A stretch of DNA of 64,000 nt from Octopus sinensis (Eukaryota). The translations under genes and the position numbers were made by a program. Below are positions 25,393 to 37,493 of the stretch, piece by piece (position 1 is the stretch's first letter; each line of letters starts with the position of its first letter). Location of the stretch: NCBI RefSeq assembly GCF_006345805.1, contig NC_042997.1, positions 176,886,001 to 176,950,000 of the forward strand, written 5' to 3'. The notes under the pieces were generated by a model that was not told where the DNA came from, ran no database searches, and saw only the letters and a program-made list of their open reading frames with translations.

Positions 25393-25816
25393 GGATCTTT
25401 TCGGTTTGAACGGCAGTTTTTTCTAGCGGTGTCATATGAAATTGTCACCCATAATTATGACCCTAGTATCGATCTATTGCATTTCAATCTGTTTTAGGGT
25501 TAGGGTTAGGGTTAGAGGTGGGGGGGAAAGGGTATCTGTTTTTCTTCAGAAATGTAAATAAACCCAATCCGTTTCTTAAACGAAGGGCATATTCATACGG
25601 CACAGAATGGTTTCACCTCAATAGACGTCATTGATTGGTTGAAATTGCAGAAATTGAAGAAAAAAACAACAAATATCTTACAAACCATAGAATTTTCTCA
25701 ATAAAGCCAAGAGAAAAAGATGTTTTATAAACACTTTCTACCAGTATACGAAGTTTAAAAGTGTTTAGCTACGTGGAAATTATTTTAAAAAACTGCCGTT
25801 CAAACCGAAAAGATCC
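25393..25816 (+). mobile_element. Complete MITE with 30-bp perfect TIRs and internal (TTAGGG)3
   Basis: TIR GGATCTTTTCGGTTTGAACGGCAGTTTTTT at 25393-25422 and 25787-25816, TA on both flanks; TTAGGG x3 at 25494-25511. Confidence 0.92.
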
Positions 25817-26194
25817 TATATATATAATCATGTTTATGAGGTTTCGAATGGAAAGTGGTTGCTCTTTGAACAGGGATGTATTTGATCCAAGCTCCACATC
25901 GACTAAGTTTCCTAGAATTTGTTAATTTGTGTTAGTATTAGTGTTTATTGATGGTTCTTCTTCCACATCTGTGCTTAACACTTATGAAATTCCAGTTGTC
26001 GTTATAGATTTTTTCATCTATCCGATATAGGAGAACAGAACTTTTCATGTCACCTACACACGTTTCAATTTTAAATATGAAGGTGAGAAATTCAAACGTG
26101 CGTAGGTGACATGAAATTGACTATTATATAAATGAATTGATTTTTCTGTGTTCACATTCACCATTGTCTTTATACTAAATATATATGCTTTTCT

Positions 26195-26365
26195 ACTCTA
26201 GGCACAAAGCCGGACATTTTTGGGGAAGGGGTCAGTCGATTAGATCGACCCCAGTACGCAACTGGTACTTAATTTATCGACCCCGAAAGGATGAAAGGCA
26301 AACTGTACCTCGGTTGATTTTGAACTCAGAACGTAAAGCGAGACGAAATACCGCTAAGCATTTCG
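26195..26365 (-). mobile_element. Partial SINE family A, tail type 2
   Basis: Body alignment with other A copies. Confidence 0.8.
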
Positions 26366-26481
26366 TTTATATATATACAAGTGATAATTCACGACACTCT
26401 CGACCCTTGAGTCACTTTGTTGTTTCTGCGAAATATTAATATACATTTATATGTATGCATACTTATATATATCTACACACA

Positions 26482-26713
26482 TAGGCAGCGAGCTGGCAGA
26501 AACGTTAGCGCGCCGGGCGAAATGCTTAGCGGTATTTCGTCTGTCGTTACGTTCTGAGTTCAAATTCCGCCAAGGTCAACTTTGCCTTTCATCCTCTCGG
26601 GGTCGATAAATAAAGTACCAGTTACGCACTGGGTCAGTGTAATCGACTTAATCCCTTTGTCTGTCCTTGTTTGTCCCCTCTGTGTTTAGCCCCTTGTGGG
26701 TAGTAAAGAAATA
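26482..26713 (+). mobile_element. Young SINE family A with 18-bp TSD, next to a family B head (26731-26860)
   Basis: TSD TATATATATCTACACACA at 26464-26481 and 26714-26731. Confidence 0.93.
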
Positions 26714-27424
26714 TATATATATCTACACACAGAGGCTGTGTGGTAAGAAGCTTCCTTTCGAACCATATGGTACCGGGTTCAGTTGCGTGGCAACTTGGGC
26801 AAGTGACTTCTGCTATACCTTCGGACCGACCGAAGCCTTGTGAATGGGGAACGAAACGAGCAATGAAAACATCCGGACAGATGGACTATGCAAGGACGGG
26901 CAGGAAAACCAGGACGGAACATTCGTGGCTTATATATATATAATTTTCTCCTGTAAGTTTGGAATAATATTCCTTCATATAATATATATATATATATATA
27001 AACAAAGTTAAATGCGATACAATAAAATTAATTATAATCGCCGGTGTACCAGTACACGCCATATATTATTCATATATAAATTACATTCAAGGCGAAGTGT
27101 GCACTAGATACACAAAAGCTGGATAAATTTAGTGAGATGAAAATTAAAAACTTTTACAAACTTAGCTTTTCTTATACTGCAGTTTCGCCAAATTCAGTAA
27201 TAAAAATAATATTTATTTACTCAGGCTGGCTCTTCAGTAAGATTCCTGTTAATTATGGGAAGACCATATTAATAGACCCATGTGCGTCTACTGAAATGCT
27301 CTTTCTAAACTATTCAAAACAGGACTTATTATATATATATATATATTCAAACAGGACTTGTGAAATTTAATTTAGTATTTCTAAATTTAATTTTCCCCTG
27401 TAAGTTTGGAATAATATTCCCTCA

Positions 27425-27493
<69 letters not shown>

Positions 27494-27503
27494 CATCATC
27501 ATC

Positions 27504-27551
<48 letters not shown>

Positions 27552-27610
27552 CATACCGGAGTAAGCACATAAATGTGAAACAAGGAGGAAAAAAGAGTAC
27601 TCAAATATAT

Positions 27611-27883
27611 ATTAGAAAAAAAACATCAATTCAATAATGAAAAATTAAATTATACCATTTAGAAAAATTACATCTTTTAGAATGATTAAATATAAGATAA
27701 AAACATATAACAATGATTAAGTAATGTGAAAAAATATATACGTTTTTTTTTATTATTGTGCAATTTACTTAATCATTGTTATATGTTTTTATCTTATATT
27801 TAATCTTTCTATAAGATGTAATTTTTCTAAATGGTATAATTTAATTTTTCATAATTGAATTGATAAAAGGTGTTTTTTCTAAT
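27611..27883. repeat. AT-rich inverted repeat, about 115-bp arms and 40-bp spacer
   Basis: 27611-27724 is the reverse complement of 27765-27883 with few mismatches. Confidence 0.85.
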
Positions 27884-27884
27884 T

Positions 27885-27958
<74 letters not shown>

Positions 27959-27984
27959 TGTGCGTGTGTATGTTTGTGTATCTT

Positions 27985-28395
27985 TGTTTGTCACGCCACC
28001 ATCGCTAGACAACCGATGTTGGTATGCTTACATCACCGTAACTTAGCGGTTCAGCAAAAGAGATTGATAGATTAAGTATTAGGCTTACAAAGAATAAGCC
28101 CTGAGGCCGGTTTATTCGACTTAAGGCGCTGCTCCAGCATGGCTGAAGTCAAATGACTGAAACAAATAAAAAATAAAAGACTACACTTTTCGGTTGTTTG
28201 ACTGCGGCCATACTGGAGTACCATCTTGAAGGGTTTCAGTCGAAGAAATCAATTCCAGGACTTATTATTCTTTGTAAGCCACGTACTTATTCTGTCGGTC
28301 CTTTTTGCCGAACCGCCAGGTTACGTGGACATAAACACACCAACATCGGTTGTCATGTGATTGTAGCGGTGGAAGGGAGACAAACAGAGACACAA
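27985..28395. mobile_element. Two SINE family B tails, tail-to-tail (27985-28180 plus, 28191-28395 minus)
   Basis: Both align with 48426-48620. Confidence 0.8.
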
Positions 28396-29002
28396 AGACG
28401 CACACACATAAATAAATATATATATATCTTGTTCTTCCTTTCTGTTTTTCTCTCTTACCTTTCCCTATTCTTCTTCTCTCCCATTCACCGTTCCCCCTCT
28501 CTCTTACTCTTCCTCCTTGACTCTGTCGTTGCTCAAACGTAACCAACGGCCATCCATCTTTCTTTCTTCCACTTCCTTCCTAAAGAGAAGACGTGCTTTT
28601 ATCTGTCTCTTCTCAAAGCTCGTTTTTCCAGGGTTCACCACTTCACACCGTCTTAACTTAACAGCCCTCATTGTTTGTTTTTACTGTTTTGTTCTCACTG
28701 TCCTTGTTCTCACTGCTTTTGTTACCACTTTCACCCTCTGCAAAAAATCCCAAATTTTATTTAATTTGCTTTGTGGGAAGGACTGTTTGAACGAAGTCGC
28801 TTCTTGTCCTTACCTTTGAAATGCGGAGTAGATAAAACAAGGGACAACTGATGAAGGGAATGTTCTTTATGTTTTATGACTCGTTTCTCTGGTTGTTTTT
28901 TTTCGTTGTTAAAAAAAGTTCGTTTTCTATGTTTTTGTTTTTCATATTCCCGTTTTTCATTTTGTCTACGTTTTTTTGATGTCTTCAAACTATATTTGCA
29001 TG

Positions 29003-29006
<4 letters not shown>

Positions 29007-29076
<70 letters not shown>
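29007..29076. repeat. (TA)n microsatellite, left flank of the PLE
   Basis: Direct reading; the right flank is (TA)n at 31171-31194. Confidence 0.97.
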
Positions 29077-29080
<4 letters not shown>

Positions 29081-30185
29081 CGCCACCTATATCCATAACA
29101 ACTGGAAAAGATACCTCGATGACTGTTTCATCATCTGGGACACAGGTATAGAGAAACTAGAGGAATTTAAAGTACTATTAAATGGAATAAATGACAATAT
29201 ACAATTCACGATGGACCACAACGAAAAAGAATTACCATTTTTAGACATCCTCATTAAGAAAACCGGCAACAAAATAGAGACAGATATCTACTATAAACCG
29301 ACAGACTCTAAACAGTACCTACCCTTTGATTCATGCCACCCACGACACACTAGAATGAACGTCCCTTTTTGTTTAGCTAGAAGGATTTGCACCATAATAT
29401 CAGACACAAACACCCGACACACACGTCTCCAGGAACTTAGAACCACACTCACAAATAGAAACTATCCACAGCCCCTAATAGACAGTGCAATCCAACGGGT
29501 ACTAAAGTTAAGTATAGAAGACCTGAGACAAACAAAACCAAAAAAGAAAGAACAATTAAAAACCCTTCCCTACATCTCTACACACAACCCACTCAACAAT
29601 GAGGCCTTCAACACCATACTACAAAGCACAGCCCTACTAAAGGGAGACCCAAAGATGAACCGGATCCTCGAAACACACACCATCATTAAAAGTAAACGGC
29701 AACCAAAATCCTTGAAAAGGATTTTAACCCAAGCTACACTGCACTCAACATCAACCACAAAACCAGCAGTTAGAAAATGTGGAAGGCCCAACTGCGGAAT
29801 CTGTGTCATCTTGAAAGAAGGATCAGAATTTATACTGGAACAAGGCCACCAGTTCACCATTAGAACAAACTTCACCTGCGCATCAGAAAACTTAATTTAC
29901 GTCATAACATGCGCAGGCTGCAATAGGCAGTATATAGGCCATACAAAAAATAGCTTACGTAACAGGATGGCGGTGCATAAATCACAAATTAGAAACCCTG
30001 ATTACCGCAAAATACCGGTCAGCGGACACATAGATAGATGTGCTGGAAATGTAAATCCGAAATTTACAACTAACCCGCTCTATAAATTCAGTGACAACGC
30101 AACCTTCACACAACGCCAAAATAAAGAACTATATTTCATAAAAAAATTTAGACCAAGTTTAAACACCCTGGGCCAGGAATACTAA
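29077..30185 (+). CDS. PLE polyprotein C-terminal part: RT catalytic motif, thumb and GIY-YIG endonuclease (N-terminally truncated)
   Basis: WKRYLDDCF, IQFT, LPFLD, IYYKPT...YLPFDSCHP, Cys linker CGRPNCGIC, NLIYVITCAGCNRQYIGHT, LRNRMAVH, KELYFI, PSLN; no stops or frameshifts. The track start at 29004 comes from the (TA)n flank. Confidence 0.93.
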
Positions 30186-30355
30186 AACAAAAGATAAGTC
30201 CTCCGAAAAGGAGAAGCAAAATTCCACCACGGCCGCTACCTTAAACAGACACTCGCACTGACGGAAATATGCCTTAGTAAAAAAGGGAAAAAAATTCTTT
30301 CGTGCAAATCTGACCCTGATACATACGATACAGCTAAGGGTCAGACCCGATTCTG

Positions 30356-30812
30356 ATTGGTCAACACGTTGATGACGTCTAGTTCTACTAGAATGGACAG
30401 GATACAAACAGGGGACAGTCATTAGTCAGAATATTGATGACGTCCTTTTCTGCTTCACTAGTCACCTAACAAGTACAGACAGGGCGCAGATCTAATGTAG
30501 CTATAAGTCGTGATTGGGCAGAATCTGGATGACGTCCCGTTCTGCTTGACTAAGCCACCTAACGAAGCGACTGGTCAAAACAGGAAACAGACAAGAGGCA
30601 GTTATAATACAGCGATTGGTCAAAATGATGATGACGTCCCGTTCTACTTGACTAAAGCCACCTAACGAAACGATTGGTCAAAACTTTGATGACGTCACGC
30701 TACGCTGGACTGACCACCTAACAGGCATTATAAAACCGAGCAATTCACAAGACTCACTAGAACCACCCAGCGAACACCCACCATGGGTCATCACAATTGC
30801 TTAAGGTAAAAA
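30356..30812 (+). promoter_or_regulatory. Predicted Pol II promoter in the PLE pseudo-LTR: 5 x (ATTGG-N12-TGACGTC), TATA, Inr-like, Kozak ATG, splice donor
   Basis: ATTGG/ATTAG at 30356, 30421, 30513, 30615, 30673, each exactly 12 bp before TGACGTC; TATAAAA 30729-30735; TCACT 30754-30758; CCACCATGG 30778-30786; AAG/GTAAAA at 30806. Confidence 0.7.
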
Positions 30813-31050
30813 TGAATTCCTCGCTCTTTCGGAAACATCAATCTTCTGTATTGACTGCTTTCCACCACTTTGATCTGTTTTTTGTATTGAATACGTATCG
30901 CCACCGTGGGCCACTGCATCGAACACTTTGAACATATAGCATGAATGAACTTACTTCAAACTATATATCAACTATACATGAACTCTAAGATGTCTGACTC
31001 CGTTGTGTATTATAAATGAATTTCTTGTGTTTGACGGCATGAGCTGTCTT

Positions 31051-31121
31051 TTTTTATATATAACTTTTTTTGATAAGGTTCATTTCAGGAACTGAAACAT
31101 GTTATAATGTATATATAAAAA
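31051..31121 (+). ncRNA. Hammerhead ribozyme-like motif with U3/A8 core variant
   Basis: TTGATAA (31070-31076), GGTTC/GAACT stem II, GAAA, palindrome AACATGTT, GUU site; interrupted stem I extended by a 12-bp helix 31051-31062/31110-31121. Confidence 0.55.
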
Positions 31122-31930
31122 TTAAAAATTGTATAATATAGCAGCATTTTCGAACTTCATTTTTTACAAATATATATATATATATATATATATAGATGTA
31201 GGTATGTACGTATATGTATGTATATATGCATATATTTATATATTATTTATATCATAATATATATATATAAATTTTTTTTCAGAATGAGATAAAAAACCAA
31301 GGCTGTGAAGATTTTAGAATATTTATAAATAGAAGGTCGTGCAGATGTTTCCAGGATATTTATTATATCCCTTTATCGGAGATGGAGTGAGAAAATAGTT
31401 AAGCAATAGTTAATTTAGATAAGATACGAAATACAGAGTGAAGTGGAGGAATGAAAATAGATGTGAGATATGCAGGGATATTGCATTTGTAGATCCATTA
31501 TTTAGGCAGAATGGTATACATATAATATTTCAATACCTTGTGAGTAAAATCCAATAGTATCTAAAATTGGTTATTCCAAGTATAAAGTTTGTACACAGTG
31601 CTATTGAAGGGTTTTATTTAAAGTGACCTAAAAGTAGGGAATGTATTTGTAAGGTCAAATCTAAAACAGAAAAAGAAAAGGGAAAAAAGAGAGAGAAGAA
31701 AAAAGAGAAGAAAAAAAGAGAAGAAAAAAGAAGAAAAACAGGAAGAGAGGAATAAAGAAACGAAAAAATAAAAATAAAAAGATAAAAAGAAAAAAAAAAC
31801 AAGGATTGAGATAATAAGGGAAAGTGTACCAGTTAGTGGTCAGTCAAGATAATTTAAAAGTAGGAATGTGGAAATGAGGGTGATAGAGAGAGAACAGTAT
31901 AAGAATGTAAAAAGATAGAAAGAATGAGGG

Positions 31931-31971
<41 letters not shown>

Positions 31972-33459
31972 GAGAGGTATAAACAGTAAGGGAGTGTCAG
32001 TTAAGTAGTGATAGAGTCTAAGTGATGGGGCAGGTAGAGGGGTAGTAGTATGCAGTATGTAGTAGAATTTAGGAATATAGATTAGGTGGTGGGACAGGTC
32101 AGTGCTTAGTAGTCTACATGTGTACATATACACATGAGTACGAGTTGTATAGGTAGATATTGATATGTATAAACATCTGTATAAATATATATATATATAC
32201 ATGTCTAATATATACATGTGTATACATCTTCACATATATATATTTCTTCTACTATGTTTATATTATATATTTATATAAACTGTTTTTTTTCTATTCCATG
32301 AATTACTGGTACGTACGTATGCAATACACAGTCTTTACATATGTATATATTCTCATAAATGTTTTAGAATAAATAAATAGACATAATATAATGTCTAACA
32401 GTTGATGTATACTATTTCTGTATCCCCTCCATTTTCTTCTTGCCGTATATATATATATATGTATTCTTCATTATGATACTTTTCATTACATTTTATGTAC
32501 TTCTTTCAAAAACTCAAGTCGAGGCACTAATTTTATATATATATATACTAATTTTATATATATATATATATATAAATTTATAAATAAGGATAGTATCGAT
32601 AGACGCCCTTATTTTTAGTTATATATATATAGTATCTTGCGAGTGGAGTGAATAGCTGGCAATTAGCATACGCCGAGGACGGGTAACCACCCATAAAATC
32701 GAGTCCGTGTGTATCACGTAAGGCTAGAGATGGGAGTGATGACCTCTTCCCGCATATACTAATCGGACACAGAATGTGTGTCGTTAGCCAGGTGGAAGAA
32801 ATGTCTTCTTGGAGTTATAGGACGCCACACTTGGCTGGCATTTATATGTTACGATTCCGTATTACCTCCGTAGTGATTGCCGACGTCCTTGAGGAAACGA
32901 GTTCTTTATACACACATATATATATACATTAAAAAATGTTAATATTTTGCACCTCCTTTGGGTCTGTATTTATGTAAAAAAATTATGTATAACTATATTA
33001 CAAAGATAGATATACAATAAACTTAGATAATTTAGCATTAGAGTGAGGAGGATAACGAATTTGTTCCTGGTCAGTTTCATCTGTAGTGTTTAAGCCACCT
33101 ATTTAACTCTAGTCACGATTTCTTGGAATAATTGATAAAAATGTACATAGTATATATAGATTCATCGGTAAACAGGATGCAATCGTAGTAATTGGACATC
33201 TAAGCCAGAGATGTAATGTAGAAATTTATGGATTCTGGTATTTGTGGGAATATAAAACATCTTAGCTTCTAGGAAGACGCTTCTAGCAAATATACTGATT
33301 TGAATGTAAATCAAGGTGTTAAAAGAAACAAACGAATACAAGGTAATTGCTACCAGGTCACTGTATAACTAGTGAAAGGATAGCTGGTCACCGAATTCTC
33401 TTGGAGTGAAAGAGAAAGAAAGGAAGAGGGGAAAGATATATAGAAAGGTAATAAAACCA

Positions 33460-33700
33460 GGAAGGCACATGGCTTAGTGGTAAGGGGTATGGTCGTAAGT
33501 TCGTGATTTTGATTCCTTGACCGGGGGTGTGTTGTACTCTCTCCCTCGTGTAAAACACTTCATTTCACGTTGCCCCAGTCCACTGAACTTTATATGAGTA
33601 ACCCTGGGACAGACTGGCTTCCTGTTCAGGGGAAATATCGTGATCTCAGTCACTTATGCACCATGGAAACCGGGTAAACGACCTTATGAGTTCTAAGACT
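33460..33700 (+). mobile_element. Older SINE family E copy
   Basis: TGGCTTAGTGG A box; AAAACACTTCATTTCACGTTGCCCCAGTCCACT body shared with 3590-3835. Confidence 0.8.
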
Positions 33701-34939
33701 TACTTTAATAAAACCGAATCATGAAGTTGATGAATGAACACTTAGGAGGAGCGTGGAACAGAAACGTCAAAATATTCTAGACTTTTATCTTTTATCTTTT
33801 CCCACATAATTTTGATAAATTTTTTCAGCATGGGATGCATCTTTCTGTATCCACCTCTCCATTATTAGATGATGAGTGGTGTATGCATATGTGCCTGTAA
33901 ATATGTATATAGTTTTGTGTGAGCGTGTGTATGTATATGTGTTTGTGTGCGTACGCGTTTGTTTGAAGAACTAAGCTACATCAACTCAAATATATATTGC
34001 GTCGTACATACAACAACGGAATTGTGAAGTAATTGAATTACAAAGAAGTATTTTCTGTTGGAAAAAGATGTCCAAAATAATATATTTAAAACTAACAAAT
34101 GTCAGAACTCGTTTATTGATAAACTACTTGTGGAATCTGTGGGAATTCCATACTTTCTGAAAGTTCGTATTTCTACATCTTCATAACTTATTTTTACTAT
34201 GTTACAGATTCCAGCCAAACCTTCGATTTTTTTCCATAGTGGATCTTGTTTAAAGTATAACACTCGTACTTGCTTAATTATGTTTAAAATTATATTTTCG
34301 ATTTCATTCCGTAGCCAAATATTCTTAAATGCGTGACATCCGAACACATATCACGACAGTAAAGTTTAAAATAATTTGAAGTGATCGCAAAGGTAAGGCA
34401 TCTACTGGATTTTCGGAAACAAATTCTCTGGGACTGTTTCTCATCATCCACTAATTAAGGATCACATAAATAGTGATGTGCTCGAAAACTGAAGCGTGTA
34501 ATGTTACGTACCTCACTCAGATATATATGAAAACATCTGTGGAAGAAAGGAAAATAACTTGTAATCTGCCACCTGCAGTACGAATCAATCAGGGCTTATC
34601 CGTACAGTCGCTTGAACTCCTAATATATAACAAGCAAATATCCTACAAATTGCACACCGCCGACTCAGAAATGGGAAGGAGATATTAAGTAACAGATTCA
34701 TAGATAAACCATCCATGAAAATTAAGTCGAAGCTGTCAGTGTTAGAAGCTTTCGATTACAAATCTGGTCAATCAGAACTGACCTGGAAATAGAGTACAGT
34801 ACAACCAGCCATTATTCACGAGCAAGAATGGCTTCGTAATATGTAACGTGTTTTTTCTAATTATTTCAGATACATATATATATATACGCCCTGTTTCTTT
34901 TGACCCAGCAGAACGTCCAAGAATGAGAGAGAAAGGGAA

Positions 34940-35028
<89 letters not shown>

Positions 35029-35510
35029 TGCACGCAGCTAGTACTCATTACAGCTGAGAAGTCTGGAGCAAAGTATATTCAAGGTCAGAACTTTTCACCT
35101 GGTTTAGGAATTGAACGTACGGTTTGATGATCATGAGCTGAACCCTCTAACAATCCGGTCAAGCAGTTTCACTGATCCGGGAACAAAAAACAACAGAAAC
35201 ATGATATTACATTTAGACTGACATTAGCATTTCGTAAAAATACAGACTAATATCTGCATCACAAAAGCTTGTGGATCAATATCTGTAGTATATCCGATTG
35301 GAGTTACTAACACTGATTCCCGAATTACATTAATTCACGAATTAATTACTGATTAAAAAGTATTTTCATGTTTGCAACTATAGGATAATAGTAGAACTGG
35401 ATTAAGCGGTTACAATCTTCATTGTCTGAAGCTTTAAAGAGAATCCATCTGATACAAATTTACTTTTACAGCGGTTAGAATCTAATAGTCTTATAATATT
35501 TTTTAATACT

Positions 35511-36450
35511 AACTAGCAATATCCCCCGGCGTTGCCCTGATGCTATGATCTAGAAGCACATTGTATTATTTTCTCCTTTCTTATGGGCAGAATCGCCACA
35601 GCTGATATATAGTTAATGGAATAATGGAAGTTATTTTTTGTTTAATAGTGAAGGGCGAGGGTGCTTTCTGTTCTTAAGAATGATCAGAAACTATGTACTG
35701 TTTCATAGTATAAAAGCGGGTTAATACGATTTTGTCCAGAAATTACGTTTTCAAAATTTTAATTTCCCTCTATCCCCATCGCAATTTCTTAATTTGTAAA
35801 TTTTTTCATTTTTTTGTTATCTACGTAGAAATATACAGAGATTACGAATGTGGGAAATATATATATTTTTTATTGCTTGTTTTTAAAGAAACACTCAATG
35901 CTCCTTCCCCTGTCTCGCCCACCTACCACATCTACCAGCTTTCAGAAAGCTAAAATGTCCCGATCTTTCACTTTTGTCTGATGTCTCCCGCATGCGTAGA
36001 ATTTAACTGAAATAGTAGACTTAAAAATATCGGACCACCACCAGAAAACCTGACATGCTAGAAACAACAGGTAAACGACATTATTCCTGAAAAAAAAAAT
36101 TCCCTGCTTTCCAAAAAGCTAAAAGTAAACATTGGGAGTGTGTAGCAGTTTGAAAACGGTGAGGTGATGGGTAAAATTCTTAAAGATTCGTACTCACTGC
36201 TTTTTCTTCATGGATCACTAAGAATAAAAAAAAAATGAAAGAAGTAAAAAATTAATTTGGTGTGGAGAGAGAAAAAATTAAACGTGTTTTGTGGGTGAAA
36301 TCCTAATCTCCTGTTTCACGAACAAAGGAATCGGAAGAAATTTAGGAAAAAAATAAGGGGAGGGGCGGAAATGTCACCTCGGACATGCTAGAAAAAAGAG
36401 GTAAAGGTCAGGGTTTCTGGGAAAACTTCCTATTAAGTTTATACGAAGAT
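35511..36450 (+). mobile_element. Possible Helentron-associated (HINE/DINE-like) non-autonomous element
   Basis: Starts AACTAGCAATATCCCCCGGCGTTGCCC and ends ...TTTATACGAAGAT, resembling such termini; not confirmed. Confidence 0.3.
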
Positions 36451-36465
36451 CAGGTTTATAAATAC

Positions 36466-36713
36466 TTGTTTTTTATTACCCACAAGGGGCTAAACACAGA
36501 GGGGACAAACAAAGACAGACAAACAAAGACAGACAAACGGATTAAGTCGGTTACATCGACTCCAGTGCGTAACTGGTACTTAATTTATCGACCCCGAAAG
36601 GATGAAAGGCAAAGTCGACCTCGGCGGAATTTGAACTCAGAACGTAACGGCAGACGAAACACGGCTACGCATTTCGCCCGGCGTGCTATCGGTTCTGCCA
36701 GCTCACCACCCTC
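36466..36713 (-). mobile_element. Young SINE family A with 17-bp TSD
   Basis: TSD ATCAGGTTTATAAATAC at 36449-36465 and 36714-36730. Confidence 0.93.
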
Positions 36714-37291
36714 ATCAGGTTTATAAATACGCTCATCACAAACACAAATTACACAATAAAAAAATATCATTTCAACTGGGTTTGAGCGGTAAATTTGCAC
36801 GTGCATACTGCAAGGATTAACATAATTCGCACAGAAGTTTTTACCTAGAGTGTGTGTATGTATGTGTGTGTGTGTCAAAAGAAGTTATTTTATGGCATTC
36901 TTTCATTTGAAGAAGCAAAGTTATCAACTCGAAATATATGGGATCATAAGATTGTTCGTTAATTTCCGTAAAATTGTTTTAATTTCTGTATGCTTTGAAG
37001 AAAGAAGAAATTGAGGGAGAAGATAAAATGAAAAGGCAACATTTGCTTTGAAGTGAGAGGAGAAAGTAAAAGAGAGGAGAAAGTGTAAAAAAGTACGTGT
37101 ATATGAAATGGACGTGTGTGTGTGAGTGTATGTGTGTGAGAGAGAGAAAGAGTGAGTGAGTGAGTGAGTGAAGGTGTGTGTTGTGATGTATGAAATTCTT
37201 TGCATGTAGGTGCAAGTGGCACTCATTCTCTCTCTCTCTCTCTCTTTCTCTCTCTCACACACACATTATCTTTCATATACATGTACATAAA

Positions 37292-37379
37292 GCGGCAGAG
37301 GTAAAGAATACGCACACCACCCTTTTCGGCGTAACCCTAACCCTAAATACCGGGAGTACGTATTCTTGACCTTCGCCCC
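37292..37379. mobile_element. 88-bp MITE-like hairpin with internal (CCCTAA)2
   Basis: Arms GCGGCAGAGGTAAAGAATACGCAC and GTACGTATTCTTGACCTTCGCCCC are imperfect inverted repeats; TAACCCTAACCCTAA inside. Confidence 0.55.
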
Positions 37380-37411
37380 AAAATATATATGTACACATCT
37401 TTTCTGTGCGT

Positions 37412-37493
<82 letters not shown>

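Larger units (their letters stand above)
29077..31170 (+). mobile_element. 5'-truncated Penelope-like retroelement, probably Neptune clade, with 3' pseudo-LTR
   Basis: Uninterrupted RT-thumb-GIY-YIG frame plus about 1 kb 3' region with promoter motifs and a hammerhead; (TA)n on both sides. Confidence 0.92.

Noticed and set aside
25494-25511. Telomere or chromosome fusion site
   Set aside because: Only three units, lying inside a TIR-bounded element
28804-28870. Hammerhead at CTGATGA 28848-28854 with TTGTCC/GGACAA pairing
   Set aside because: No GAAA follows the putative stem II, and the upstream GAAA gives no credible stems; at best a relic
34102-34460. Protein-like minus-strand frames (WLRNEIENIIL...; similar at 47130-47470)
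   Set aside because: No recognisable family, no consistent splice sites, and no homology to the 11-12 kb block
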